This document shows positions 15,299 through 25,716 of a stretch of DNA of 64,000 nt, piece by piece. The notes under the pieces are model-generated. The model saw nothing but the letters and a program-made list of their open reading frames with translations. It searched no databases and was not told the origin of the DNA. This stretch comes from a virus. Every line of letters starts with the position of its first letter. Within the stretch, counting starts at the first letter, position 1. The translations under genes were made by a program, and so were the position numbers. The stretch is taken from positions 32,001 to 96,000 of IMG/VR virus record IMGVR_UViG_3300044614_001341; one strand, written 5' to 3'.

Positions 15299-17599
15299 TC
15301 AAATGGTGCAACTATCGCACGAAGATTCATCACTCTCCAAAATATCATTAAGAAGTGATTGAAGGTCTTGTTTTGGTTCTTCAATTACCTCATCAGTTTT
15401 GTGGTCATAAGTATTTTGATAGTATGCTGTTTTCCATCCCATCTTCCAGCACATAAGAAGGTCTTGAGCCATTACTGATGTTGGGACTTCATTATCTGGG
15501 TAATTTTCTGGATTATAAGACCAGTTCCCAGAAATCGCTTGATCAAAGAATTTTTGCATAACAGCAACAATATGAATGTACCCACGATTGCTAGGCATAT
15601 CCCAAAGAAGCGTATAATTGTTCTTAAGTGTTTGATACTGGGGAACAATCTGCTTAAGGGGACCTTTCTTCGATTTCTTAACGGACAAGTAACCGCGAGG
15701 TGGTTCGATTCCGTTAGTTGCGTTTGACACAACGGAACTGCTCTCCGATGGCATCTGTGCGGACAATGTTGAGTTCCGTACTCCATATTGTAGTACTTGC
15801 TGTCTAAGACTCTCCCAATCATACTTAAGTTCGTTAGGTACAATCTCATCAACATCCTTCTTATAAGTATCTATAGGAAGAATCCCTTGCCCATACTTAG
15901 TTCTATGAGAATATTCGCAAGCACCTTTTTCTTTAGCAACATTTACGGTTGCTTGAATCAAATAATACTGAAATGCTTCAGTAAGGTCGTGAACCAGTTT
16001 CCAAGCACCAGGATCATCATAATTCTCACCATTCTTAGCGAGATAATGAGCAAGACCAATATAACCTACGCCAAGTGAACGACGTGCTCTTGTGGCAATT
16101 TCTGCTGCTTTGACAGGATATCCTTGAAAATCAATGAGTTCGTCAAGAGAGCGAACAGCAAGATCGCAAAGAACCTCAAGGTCTTCATTATCCCGAATCT
16201 TTCCAACGTTAATAGCAGAAAGAATGCAAAGAGCAATTTCACCATCAGGATCATCAATATGTTGAATGGGTTTGGTTGGAAGAGTAATTTCCTGGCACAG
16301 GTTGCTCATCTCAACTTTATCCATAAAGGATGAGTGAGAGTTACAGTGATCGATATTCATAATATACAAACGACCAGTTTCTGCACGTTCTTTCAGGAGG
16401 TCCAGAAAGAGTTCTTGAGCTCCGATAGTCTTTCTTGGAATAGACTCATCTCGTTCATAACGTACATATAACTCGTCAAAAGCATCAGTTCCAAAAGCAT
16501 CATACAGACCAGGAACTGCGTGTGGGGAGAAGAGAGAGACCTCTTCGTTTTTGATGAATCGTTCATAGAACAATTTGGAGATTTGGATACTGTAGTCTAA
16601 CTTACGAACACGGTTATCTTCGGTTCCTTTGTTATTTTTTAATACTAGGATGTCTTCGATCTCTTGGTGCCAGATTGGGAAGTGGACAGTTGCTGATCCA
16701 CCTCGGATGCCATTTTGAGTGCAGCATCGGACAGTTGCTTCAAACTTTTTGAGGAAAGGGACAACACCTGTATGCTGAACTTCTCCACCTCTGATTTTAG
16801 CGTTGATGCCCCTGATGCGACCTGCGTTGATACCGATGCCCGCCCTTTGTGCAACATATCTGCCGATAGCCATATCAGAACTAAAGATGCTATCGAGGGT
16901 GTCATCAACATCAACAAGAACACAGCTAGCATATTGTCGAAGTGGAGTTCGCACTCCCGCCATGATAGGTGTGGGAATGTTGATTTTGTGTTTGGAGATT
17001 GCATCGTAGTACTTCCTAACGTAGTCTAAACGGGTTTCTTTAGGATACTTTGAAAAAATAGTTGCCGCAATCAAAAGGTACATAAACTGTGGCGTTTCAT
17101 AAAGTTCACCAGAACTTCTGTCTTGCACAAGGTACTTATCAACGACTTGACGTAGACCTGCATAAGTGAACAAATAGTCACGACTGTGATCAATGAACGA
17201 CTCAAGTTTATCAAACTCTTCATCGGTATACAGGTCAAGAATTTCTGCGTCATAGACGCCCCTACCAACGGCACGAAGCACGTGCTGCTTAACTGTAGGG
17301 CATTCGTGCATACGACCAAACAATTGCTTGCGAAGGGCAAACAGAAGCAGGCGAGCAGCGACGAACTGATAGTTGGGGTGATCTAGATCAATCAGGTCAG
17401 AAGCAGAGCGAATCAGAATTTCCTGAATCTCTGCAGTTGTAATACCATCATAAAATTGGATGCCTGATTGCATTTCTACTTGAGATGCTGATACGCTTGC
17501 TAGGTCTTTGCAGGCTTCCTCCACCATAATGTGGAGTTTATTTAAATCAAGGGGTTCAGTTTTACCATTTCTCTTAACGACTTTCGTTCCGTTGCTCAT
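15299..17599 (-). CDS. nrdA: ribonucleotide reductase class Ia alpha subunit
   Basis: ATP cone VVKRNG, PTPIMAG, SNLCQEI, NATNGIEP, C-terminal CDSC. Confidence 0.97.
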   Translation of the reverse strand: MSNGTKVVKRNGKTEPLDLNKLHIMVEEACKDLASVSASQVEMQSGIQFYDGITTAEIQEILIRSASDLIDLDHPNYQFVAARLLLFALRKQLFGRMHECPTVKQHVLRAVGRGVYDAEILDLYTDEEFDKLESFIDHSRDYLFTYAGLRQVVDKYLVQDRSSGELYETPQFMYLLIAATIFSKYPKETRLDYVRKYYDAISKHKINIPTPIMAGVRTPLRQYASCVLVDVDDTLDSIFSSDMAIGRYVAQRAGIGINAGRIRGINAKIRGGEVQHTGVVPFLKKFEATVRCCTQNGIRGGSATVHFPIWHQEIEDILVLKNNKGTEDNRVRKLDYSIQISKLFYERFIKNEEVSLFSPHAVPGLYDAFGTDAFDELYVRYERDESIPRKTIGAQELFLDLLKERAETGRLYIMNIDHCNSHSSFMDKVEMSNLCQEITLPTKPIQHIDDPDGEIALCILSAINVGKIRDNEDLEVLCDLAVRSLDELIDFQGYPVKAAEIATRARRSLGVGYIGLAHYLAKNGENYDDPGAWKLVHDLTEAFQYYLIQATVNVAKEKGACEYSHRTKYGQGILPIDTYKKDVDEIVPNELKYDWESLRQQVLQYGVRNSTLSAQMPSESSSVVSNATNGIEPPRGYLSVKKSKKGPLKQIVPQYQTLKNNYTLLWDMPSNRGYIHIVAVMQKFFDQAISGNWSYNPENYPDNEVPTSVMAQDLLMCWKMGWKTAYYQNTYDHKTDEVIEEPKQDLQSLLNDILESDESSCDSCTI

Positions 17600-18567
17600 A
17601 TTTTCTTCCAGTTGTTAAACTTAATTTTTGCTTCTAAACCTGAGTAGGTATTTGATTTTAACACATCCATAACATTAAGTCCAGCTAAAACCATATCATT
17701 AATATCTTTTTGCTGAATACTCGTTGGCCAAATAATTACCTTGTCACCTCTATTGATGGTTTTTGATATTCTGTTGACGATTTCTCGATTGCGTGGTTCG
17801 TTATCAAAAACGTAAATATAATCGCCCCAATTAAACGCCCCAATATCAACGTCGGACCCGCACATAGCAACAGCATTTTCAATAAATGTTGAGTCGAAAG
17901 GTCCTTCAACAATGTAAATGGGTTTCGAAGAATCCACTTGGTCAAGTCCATAAAGTTTGGGCGATTCATCAGAGAGCATCACAGTAATATATTTAACAGG
18001 ATTGGGACCCAATGCCCTTCCCTGAAAACCTATTAAATTAGAGTCTGTATCATACAATGGTATAATAATGCGACTCTCATCCCTACCGATAGTGTCAAAC
18101 GTAACTTTTTGAGTGTTAGTCCATGCTTTAAATTTATCAGCAAAATAAAACTTTTCTGGATTGAGTTTCCTTTTTTCCAGATACTCTTTAGCGATTGGTA
18201 TTTTTGATGCTTTAGGCAAATCTAGTTTCTTTTTAAAGACTGGTTTTGCAAACTCAAACTTTGGTTCCTCAACCACAAAGTTTCTACCAGTGTGCCCCTC
18301 CTTGAACTTCTCAAGTGTATACTGCTTGTGAAGAACTGGATCTATTTCTTTGAGGAAGTTATTAAACGATAAACTTGCTCCGCAATTATGACACTTAAAG
18401 TTGGTATTGTTCTTTACTGGATAAATATACCCTCTAGTCTTATTCTTGTTTTTTTGAGAGTCCCCACAAATAGGGCAGCGAAAGTTGTAGAGATCTGCCT
18501 TGACCCTTTTAAATTTTTGAAGACGCGAAGATACCAATCCAATATACTTGGAATCAATCAAATCCAT
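17596..18567 (-). CDS. g61: DNA primase (T4 gp61)
   Basis: CPICGDS..CHNC Zn finger, VEGPFDS and DNEPRN TOPRIM, KDINDM. Confidence 0.95.
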   Translation of the reverse strand: MDLIDSKYIGLVSSRLQKFKRVKADLYNFRCPICGDSQKNKNKTRGYIYPVKNNTNFKCHNCGASLSFNNFLKEIDPVLHKQYTLEKFKEGHTGRNFVVEEPKFEFAKPVFKKKLDLPKASKIPIAKEYLEKRKLNPEKFYFADKFKAWTNTQKVTFDTIGRDESRIIIPLYDTDSNLIGFQGRALGPNPVKYITVMLSDESPKLYGLDQVDSSKPIYIVEGPFDSTFIENAVAMCGSDVDIGAFNWGDYIYVFDNEPRNREIVNRISKTINRGDKVIIWPTSIQQKDINDMVLAGLNVMDVLKSNTYSGLEAKIKFNNWKKI

Positions 18568-18579
18568 TATGAAGGTGCT

Positions 18580-19002
18580 TTACTTTGCTCTCTCTATTGT
18601 AACCTGAGATGGTGAGCGTGTCAAGAAAGAAACCGCTGGAGGAGCAAATTTGATAAAGATTGCAATGACCGCTAAACCACCCAGCACTTGCCATCTAAAT
18701 TTTGAAATACTTTCTACTTTTTCTTCTACCTTATCTATCCTTTCACCCAATTCTTTACTTATTTGTTCATGCTGTTCTCTTGATGATCTTTTAATATCTT
18801 CAATCATCGATACAATTAAATTGTCAGTTCTATTACACTGTTCAATCTTTTCATTATGAACGGCAAGCATTTGACTGATATTTTGACTCGTCTCACCAAT
18901 CTTTTGAATTGCCGTATCAATTCTTTCCATCATCTGCTCATACACAGATAACCTTTCTTCCAATATTGCTATTTTTGTATCGGTAGATGATGGATTAAAC
19001 AT
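18580..19002 (-). CDS. coiled-coil protein with C-terminal TM (XhlA-like architecture)
   Basis: heptad pattern then RWQVLGGLAVIAIFIKF. Confidence 0.65.
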   Translation of the reverse strand: MFNPSSTDTKIAILEERLSVYEQMMERIDTAIQKIGETSQNISQMLAVHNEKIEQCNRTDNLIVSMIEDIKRSSREQHEQISKELGERIDKVEEKVESISKFRWQVLGGLAVIAIFIKFAPPAVSFLTRSPSQVTIERAK

Positions 19003-19010
19003 TGTCCTAA

Positions 19011-19217
19011 TTATTGTGGTGGTTTTCTTCTTTGCATCCAACGAGAACGAGACCCTTTTCCACCATAGATATATCTTTTTTTCGGTGCAGGCATCACTGG
19101 GTCATATCCTGCAACAGGACCTTTTGGATCGGCGGCGCCAGTAAACCCATTGGCACCAACTACCATACCCTCCTCTTTAAGGGTTCTAATAATAGAAATA
19201 ACTTTATCAATATCCAT
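19011..19217 (-). CDS. hypothetical protein
   Basis: ORF coupled to upstream stop (TAATG). Confidence 0.65.
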   Translation of the reverse strand: MDIDKVISIIRTLKEEGMVVGANGFTGAADPKGPVAGYDPVMPAPKKRYIYGGKGSRSRWMQRRKPPQ

Positions 19218-19588
19218 TAGATTGCTTGCAATTGAGAAAGACACTCATTGTCTTCCGGAATATCATGAATTTGAGTTCTAGGGTATTCTGGAAAACGATT
19301 CAAAAACAAAAGAAAACTTTTAATAGATGGCCACAGTTCTTTTTCTAAATTATAGAAAAGTAGAGGAACCGTAGCATCACTAAAAACATTAAAAAGTATG
19401 ATTAAATGATTAAGTATAAGATGAGTCTTAAGCTCACCAGTATTCTTATATCTCTTTAGTAGTCTTTTAACATAACGAATTCTTTTCAAATCAGTTTCAA
19501 AATCCTCCATCGTTACCGCTTGAGGATTATCGTAGAATTTTATAGCGAATAGTAAATAATTTTCTTCATTCAATTCATCAAATCTCAT
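19217..19588 (-). CDS. conserved T4-like cyanophage hypothetical protein
   Basis: LFAIKFYDNP...LILNHLIILFNVF. Confidence 0.8.
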   Translation of the reverse strand: MRFDELNEENYLLFAIKFYDNPQAVTMEDFETDLKRIRYVKRLLKRYKNTGELKTHLILNHLIILFNVFSDATVPLLFYNLEKELWPSIKSFLLFLNRFPEYPRTQIHDIPEDNECLSQLQAI

Positions 19589-19598
19589 ACATCAATTA

Positions 19599-20183
19599 TC
19601 AGCTTTCTGGATATCTGGAATCGTCGTCGGCGTCGTTAGTAATGCTACTTCCAGCGACTAGAGTTTCGGACTTAACTCTGAAATTGCCGTGATTATCAAC
19701 GTAAGTTACAATACCAACCCATCCAGCGTGAGCAACTGCATAAGCAGCATTTTTACCACCAACTGTTCTACCAGCTGCAACAGTAGCTTCAATAGTGCTT
19801 ACACCAACAACAGTTGAAAAATATGCTTTAGCACCATTACTATTTACCTTTACATCTGGTGCATAATATTGTCCATCCTCAAGAGTGTATTTTGGTTTTT
19901 GGGTTACTGTATAAGCAACACCAACACTTATTCCTGGTCCAGTAGTCCCTATTCCAATGAGAAATTGAGTTGATCCAATTGAAAGTTGAGTAGCAGATGT
20001 TACTCCAGTTATAACCGCCTGTCCGTATGTTGCACCAACGCCAATGACTAGAATATCACCAGTAGAAATTCCAGCGGTTACAAAAGTTGTACCACTTCCA
20101 GTTACAACTTCAGTAGTGAGATTGATTGTAATAGTTCCCGTAAGACCAGAACTGAATGAATCTTTATTGCCCCAAAGAGACAT
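19599..20183 (-). CDS. probable virion structural protein
   Basis: MSLWG start, T/G/V-rich, HAGWVG...RVKSETLVA; late promoter 20215-20222. Confidence 0.7.
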   Translation of the reverse strand: MSLWGNKDSFSSGLTGTITINLTTEVVTGSGTTFVTAGISTGDILVIGVGATYGQAVITGVTSATQLSIGSTQFLIGIGTTGPGISVGVAYTVTQKPKYTLEDGQYYAPDVKVNSNGAKAYFSTVVGVSTIEATVAAGRTVGGKNAAYAVAHAGWVGIVTYVDNHGNFRVKSETLVAGSSITNDADDDSRYPES

Positions 20184-20272
20184 GTTTCCCTACCTATAAA
20201 TTCTGTTATATTGATATTTATAAAAAAAGAAGACCTTTACTTTTGGCCTTCTTTATTTTATTTAATTTTATA

Positions 20273-20452
20273 TCAGGGTGTTAAATCTTGAGCACCTTTC
20301 TTCTTCAATACTCCTTGAGCTTGAAGAAGAATAAGTGAAAGAATACCGTTTGACTTAACTTTTGGATTTGCTCCAAGTGCTTCCGAAACTGCAAAAAGAA
20401 CGGTTGCGATAAGAGCCTGATTTGCTAAACACCAAGCGACGACTGCCGACAT
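20273..20452 (-). CDS. small membrane protein, holin-like (59 aa)
   Basis: manually translated MSAVVAWCLANQALIATVLFAVSEALGANPKVKSNGILSLILLQ...; GGAGG SD; CTAAATA late promoter. Confidence 0.6.
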   Translation of the reverse strand: MSAVVAWCLANQALIATVLFAVSEALGANPKVKSNGILSLILLQAQGVLKKKGAQDLTP

Positions 20453-20492
20453 GATGACCTCCGCGTGAAGAGTATCATGTATTATTTAGGAA

Positions 20493-22130
20493 TCAATCAA
20501 ATCTAGAACCAAGGTCAGGTCTTTTTCTTGCTTGCTTAGCAGCATATCTGCCTTCACCCTGCTTACTTTCAGGTTTCGCATAAATTCCACCCGGTTGATC
20601 TACGTATCTACGACTTGATGCACGTCTTTCCTCTTTTGTTCTACCTTCTTTACCTCTGGTATGAGGATTTTGTCCCCCAGAATAAGAAGTTTGTGGGTTG
20701 GCAATTCCACCAATTTTCGTCTTTTGGCGCTGTCTTTGTGCTCCAGTAGAACCAAGTCCTCTCTTTTCTTCTGCTCTTGCTTCATCAACCATTTCACCTT
20801 CTAGATCATAAGAACACTTAAGACCAATTGCTCTCAGTTTGTTTTTAGCAAGATTCATAGCAGTTGGAATTGAACGGGGATCCATTTCATCCTGTTCTTT
20901 CTTTGCTTTTTTATCTGCCTGAACAACTGTTTCTTCTTTTACTGGTTTCGTTGGTTTTGTTTTTGCACCCCCAAAAATTTTTTGAACATTTTGCGGAAGT
21001 TCATCTACAAATTTATAAACCGAAGGTGGAACATTGGGAGCACTTCCACCACCTTTTGGTTCTGCTGCTTCTTTAACATGACCAGGAAGATCTTTGTGCT
21101 TGGTCTTTGCAAATTTCTTTGCTTCTTTCTTACTCATTCCTGCTGCTGCTTTTGCAACTTCTGGAGATGCTGGTTTTGCTCCCTTTTTAGCAGCATAAAC
21201 CATTCCCATAAACTTTTGTTGGGCGGTACTTACTGCCTTTTCTGTAATGAAAGGTCCTTCCATTTCATGATGAGCAACTTGCATATAAGAAGTTGAATTT
21301 TTTCCAGTTCCAGGAACTTCTGGATTAATAGTAATAGAATTCTTACCCTTCATCACATCAATTTTCTTTTGATTTGCATCAGGATTTACTTTTTCATCAT
21401 TTACTTCGCCAAGAAATGCTTCCGCAACACCCTTTCTTTTACCAATCGCAGTACTTCTAACTTTTCTACGATTCAGAAGATACTTATCAGTCTTATCGTG
21501 GTCACCGTCATTATCAATGTCCTTATCTTCCTTACCAACTGGGTCTAAACCTTTACCTGCCTTTGCTCTTGCAGTTTGCTCACCTTTCTTTTTTTCACCT
21601 TCATAAGGTTCACCATACCCAGTCATTTCGACAGATTGAATGTTTGAATTGGAACGAAGTGCATTAATCTTTTCGCGGTCAGCATATCTTACATATGAAC
21701 GACCATCCTTACCCGTAACTCTTACCTTATATTTTCTATGTTCAGAAGCTTCTAACTTTTCCATATATGTTAGAACGATTGGTTCCTCTTCTTTTTGAAC
21801 CCCCTCTACAAATACCATGTAAAGTGCATTTGCTACATTGGATGAAGCAAATTCTTCAATATTAAATTCTTCTGCTTTCATCCCACCTTTACCAAATAAT
21901 TTCTGCTTTACCAGAGTTTTCTCTTGTTGACTCATACTACTGTTTGCAATATATTGTGAATATGCTTGTTGAAGAGGTAACTCTTCTCTTCTAGCACGAT
22001 AACGAATATCATAAATTGCTTGCTTTACTCTTTTTTCTGGAGATTTACCACCAGCTTCCTTTTTATCTCCAGCAGCAGCGGCAGGAGCGTGTTTTCTTGC
22101 TGGAAGCTCTTCAGCAATATGTTTTTTCAT
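20493..22130 (-). CDS. low-complexity late protein with DUF3008-like segment and EF-hand-like DxDxDGD motif
   Basis: AVSTAQQKFMGMV...KKFAKTKHKDLP; DKDIDNDGDHD. Confidence 0.7.
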   Translation of the reverse strand: MKKHIAEELPARKHAPAAAAGDKKEAGGKSPEKRVKQAIYDIRYRARREELPLQQAYSQYIANSSMSQQEKTLVKQKLFGKGGMKAEEFNIEEFASSNVANALYMVFVEGVQKEEEPIVLTYMEKLEASEHRKYKVRVTGKDGRSYVRYADREKINALRSNSNIQSVEMTGYGEPYEGEKKKGEQTARAKAGKGLDPVGKEDKDIDNDGDHDKTDKYLLNRRKVRSTAIGKRKGVAEAFLGEVNDEKVNPDANQKKIDVMKGKNSITINPEVPGTGKNSTSYMQVAHHEMEGPFITEKAVSTAQQKFMGMVYAAKKGAKPASPEVAKAAAGMSKKEAKKFAKTKHKDLPGHVKEAAEPKGGGSAPNVPPSVYKFVDELPQNVQKIFGGAKTKPTKPVKEETVVQADKKAKKEQDEMDPRSIPTAMNLAKNKLRAIGLKCSYDLEGEMVDEARAEEKRGLGSTGAQRQRQKTKIGGIANPQTSYSGGQNPHTRGKEGRTKEERRASSRRYVDQPGGIYAKPESKQGEGRYAAKQARKRPDLGSRFD

Positions 22131-22139
22131 GAGTAAACT

Positions 22140-23456
22140 TTACTTCTTACTTTTTCTATATTTATTTATGAATTGCTTAATATCATATCCCAAATATGCC
22201 TTTCCGCCCGCTTGAAGATTTTCTTTTCCAGTTCCAACTGCACCTGGAGTCATATCTGAAAAATGTTTGAAGGCGCCCAAAGTTCCAGTAAGAGTATTAG
22301 GATGAATATTATCTCTCATTTTACGATCCATTCTAACCTCAGTGTATTCTACTAAGTCTTTGATCCAAGACTTGAACATTTGACCAGACTCAGTTACACA
22401 AATTAGATAGTTGGTGCCTCTACGAATAATACGACCAACTAATCCAGTATTTAAATTTTCAACTTTTTCACCAAGTTTAAAAATAGATTCTGTAAGATAG
22501 TTTTCACGAAGAGTTTGAAAATCAAACTTAGGTGCAATCTCCCAAATACTCCACCCTTCTTTAACACTCATTGCACCACGAAGGATATTAAAAAGTTCTT
22601 TTGCTTCAGCAGGTTTAACCTCTGGGGGAAGACCTGAACGGAAAGTTTTAAAGTCACCTTCTGCTGCAGCAAGCCTCATTCTAGATGCGGACATTCCTTC
22701 TACACCTTTTGCGTCAGGATCTCTATCTCCAGCAGACATAACTTCAATATTATCGAAGTTATATAATTGACCATTATATTGATTAGAAAGTTTTTCAAAC
22801 TCTTTAACTCTATCTCCACCACCAATAATTCTTACACCAGCATAACCATTATTATGTGCCATTTTTAAGACATCAAAAATGGTTTTAGTATTAGAGTCAT
22901 TTACAATATTGCCCGCATGATTTGGATAAAACTTTTGCATATAAGCAATCTTTGTATCAGGATCAAGAGGATTCTTTTTCTTATCCTGACTTCTTGAAGG
23001 AAAGATTAGATATTGTCCATCTTTATCTTGAGATGCTGCTTGTGCCGCAACGTCCATTAATTGCTGGTGTCCAATTGTTGGTGGGTTAAAACGACCAAAA
23101 GCGACCGTAAGAGTTCCTTTTGTTTTGGGAACTGGAAGATATCGTGCAGGTGGTTGTTCTTGTGCTGCTGCTTGTTGCTCTGGTGCAGGTGCTTGCTGCT
23201 GAACAGGTTGCTGTTGAAGTTCTGGGTCATTATACCCAGGTGATGCAATTGTTTTTTCTTTTTCAGTTTGTACTGGATCTTTACCACCAACTTTTTGACG
23301 CTTATTATAAAACTTAAGTTGCCCGCCTTCAGTTTTTGCTACAAACTCTCCTTGCTTATCGTACCAACCACCATGCCCATCTCCAACAAGTCCAAGACGC
23401 TGTGCTTGCTGAGATGCGGTTGCTTCTGTTATGAATTGGAAAAAACTTTTCATCAT
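22140..23456 (-). CDS. cytidylyltransferase-like nucleotidyltransferase
   Basis: FGRFNPPTIGH (HIGH-like) and MSASRMR motifs. Confidence 0.85.
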   Translation of the reverse strand: MMKSFFQFITEATASQQAQRLGLVGDGHGGWYDKQGEFVAKTEGGQLKFYNKRQKVGGKDPVQTEKEKTIASPGYNDPELQQQPVQQQAPAPEQQAAAQEQPPARYLPVPKTKGTLTVAFGRFNPPTIGHQQLMDVAAQAASQDKDGQYLIFPSRSQDKKKNPLDPDTKIAYMQKFYPNHAGNIVNDSNTKTIFDVLKMAHNNGYAGVRIIGGGDRVKEFEKLSNQYNGQLYNFDNIEVMSAGDRDPDAKGVEGMSASRMRLAAAEGDFKTFRSGLPPEVKPAEAKELFNILRGAMSVKEGWSIWEIAPKFDFQTLRENYLTESIFKLGEKVENLNTGLVGRIIRRGTNYLICVTESGQMFKSWIKDLVEYTEVRMDRKMRDNIHPNTLTGTLGAFKHFSDMTPGAVGTGKENLQAGGKAYLGYDIKQFINKYRKSKK

Positions 23457-23500
23457 CTATTAGAATATGTATTCATTTACTCTTATATAATGTATTTATT

Positions 23501-24424
23501 CTACACAAATCTTGCAACGGTCCTTCCCCCAAGAGGATTAATCGTAATTCTTGCCCCTTTTATACCATGATCACTTCTATCACCTTTATACACTGCTAAA
23601 AATATTGGTTCATAAGGACCAGTAATTCTATCACCATTATTCATTTTATGACCAGAAGACGTGAGTTCATAATATGTCCCTCTCTTTAAAACATTCAAAG
23701 TTCCTTGCATTGTTACATCTACATTATTTTCACCTGCAGGACCACTATAATTTTGACCATATACTGCTAATTTTTTTAATGTATCATCCTGTATTCTTCT
23801 ACCTACTGTAGTTGCTGGAGGCATACCATCAGGAAACATATTCATCAGAGTGTTTATAAATGCTTGAGTTTCTGGATGTCCATAAATTGTAGGTTCAACT
23901 CTTTTAGATGTTCCTGCCCATTGTTGAAATCCCCTTGGACCAGATCCAGCTTTATGAGATACGTGCCCAACATATCCACCCTGACCTACAAAATGAAAAT
24001 CACATTTTGGTGTTCCTGGTGTACTTTCACAAAGACCAACTTGATATGTTATTTTTCCCACTTTTAATGGAACAAAATCTGTACCAAGTTGATCCATTAT
24101 TTTTGTCAGTTGCTTATTAATACTAATAACTTCGGCGTCTTCTTTTGCCGTTGTTGCTTGAGTTCTTCCAGAAAATTCAGAATCCTTATAAAGTTCTGTG
24201 AGTCTTATTTCCTTTCCAGAATCAGTCAAAAGAACTATTGATTGACCCTTTTTAAATTTGTTAAAATTAGAAATACTTGTTAATTCTTTTAACAAATTTT
24301 TATTTAATTTTACAGATGCACCGTTACCATCGTTTACTTTAAATTCTTTTGCGTTACGAATTCTAGATACAAAGATATTAAAATTATTTCTTTTTGCAAG
24401 TTCGGATACTGATAACGTAGCCAT
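23501..24424 (-). CDS. hypothetical protein, possible PD-(D/E)xK-type nuclease
   Basis: TPKCDF...VSHKAG...FQQW pattern; CTAAATA late promoter upstream. Confidence 0.55.
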   Translation of the reverse strand: MATLSVSELAKRNNFNIFVSRIRNAKEFKVNDGNGASVKLNKNLLKELTSISNFNKFKKGQSIVLLTDSGKEIRLTELYKDSEFSGRTQATTAKEDAEVISINKQLTKIMDQLGTDFVPLKVGKITYQVGLCESTPGTPKCDFHFVGQGGYVGHVSHKAGSGPRGFQQWAGTSKRVEPTIYGHPETQAFINTLMNMFPDGMPPATTVGRRIQDDTLKKLAVYGQNYSGPAGENNVDVTMQGTLNVLKRGTYYELTSSGHKMNNGDRITGPYEPIFLAVYKGDRSDHGIKGARITINPLGGRTVARFV

Positions 24425-24443
24425 TTTTATTTTTATTTAGAAG

Positions 24444-24525
24444 TGCCCAAAAGAGGACTTGAACCTCCACTCCTTACGGAACAAGTGCCTAAAACTTGCG
24501 TGGCTACCAATTACACCATTTGGGC
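24444..24525 (-). tRNA. tRNA-Leu(TAG)
   Basis: GCCCAAA acceptor, loop TTTAGGC, variable arm TCCGTAAGGA, GTTCAAGTC. Confidence 0.92.
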
Positions 24526-24972
24526 TAATGAATTTCTTCCACAAAAAGTTTCAGTTTGTGAATGACAATTTGGACAAAGCAATCTTAAATTTGAAACTTC
24601 ATTATTATAACATAATCCATCAATATGGTCAACTTGCATTCTTAAATATTTTCCATTCCAAACAGATGCAATTCCACACTCAAAACAATAATCTCCATTT
24701 TTTTCAACTAACAATCTATGTAAGATTGATCTTCTACATTTATTACCTCTAGATAAAACATATTCCTCCAAACTATTCCATTTATTTTGTCCACCAAATT
24801 TAGATAATTTTTTAGTATTATTTGGTTTGTATTCAGGTATCCATTTTTTATATCTAGAGCGTAATGTATCCGGTTTACAATTTAATTCTAAACATAATTC
24901 AGTTGGAGTTTTTTTGCCATTTAATAAGGATTTAATTATATAATCTTTTTTTAAATCTATATCTTTTCTCAT
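24511..24972 (-). CDS. HNH endonuclease between two tRNAs
   Basis: CFECG...WNGK.L.MQVDHIDG...NLRLLCPNCHSQT. Confidence 0.9.
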   Translation of the reverse strand: MRKDIDLKKDYIIKSLLNGKKTPTELCLELNCKPDTLRSRYKKWIPEYKPNNTKKLSKFGGQNKWNSLEEYVLSRGNKCRRSILHRLLVEKNGDYCFECGIASVWNGKYLRMQVDHIDGLCYNNEVSNLRLLCPNCHSQTETFCGRNSLAQMV

Positions 24973-25018
24973 AATTAGTAAACGTGCTAGTATTATTTAT
25001 ATTAGCGTCTACCTATAA

Positions 25019-25090
25019 TGGAGTGTAAGGAAATCGAATCCTTATTGCTGGAATGCAAATCCAGAGTAATAACCGTTATACGAACACCCC
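25019..25090 (-). tRNA. tRNA-Ala(TGC)
   Basis: G3-U70 identity pair, loop TTTGCAT, TTCGATT T-loop. Confidence 0.88.
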
Positions 25091-25105
25091 AATAAAACCA
25101 TTATA

Positions 25106-25513
25106 TCACCGAAGTGGCATAAGGTCAAATAGTTCTGGATGAAGTTGCCCATACTTACGCATCAATTCACCTGCTTTTGCATTTGCTTGATTTTCAGTTG
25201 GACTCCCAGCATGAGAACTCTTACGGTCTAAACCTTTCTCCATATGCTGCTTATAATGAACATATTCATGAGCAAGAGTTCTCAAAATATCCATAGGATG
25301 ACGATTGATAATACTTAAGTGAATAGCATTATCTCTCGATATTTCCCCAAACGCTGCAATTCTTTTTGCAAAGTCAGCATCATCTATGAGAATGACTGGA
25401 ATATCATAAGTAAGACGCAACTCTCTTTTTAAGAAGATAGTAAATCTTTTGAGAATTGCGTCAAACTGAATTTGAGTAACTGGTCTTCCTTTTCTTTTTC
25501 CAAGAAGAGACAT
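25106..25513 (-). CDS. zincin-like metallopeptidase domain protein
   Basis: LRTLAHEYVHYKQ (HExxH) and downstream ENQA. Confidence 0.7.
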   Translation of the reverse strand: MSLLGKRKGRPVTQIQFDAILKRFTIFLKRELRLTYDIPVILIDDADFAKRIAAFGEISRDNAIHLSIINRHPMDILRTLAHEYVHYKQHMEKGLDRKSSHAGSPTENQANAKAGELMRKYGQLHPELFDLMPLR

Positions 25514-25530
25514 ATTTTTTAAAATATTTA

Positions 25531-25716
25531 TTAGGCACCAAGAACAGCACCAATACCATCATCGATATCTTGAATTACTGTACGAATACTAGAAATACGA
25601 GGAGGAACAATTACATCATCATAAGTATATCCTTTTTGCGCCTCAAACAGAACTTGACGGACTGCAGCGGCGGATCGAGCATCCATTTTAATTGTTACTT
25701 TTTTATCTTTAGTCAT
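25531..25716 (-). CDS. hypothetical protein
   Basis: 61 aa ORF with ATGA overlap to mazG stop. Confidence 0.65.
   Translation of the reverse strand: MTKDKKVTIKMDARSAAAVRQVLFEAQKGYTYDDVIVPPRISSIRTVIQDIDDGIGAVLGA

Noticed and set aside
13021-17599. group I intron or intein in nrdA/nrdB
   Set aside because: Both ORFs are continuous and of normal length; the endonuclease is intergenic
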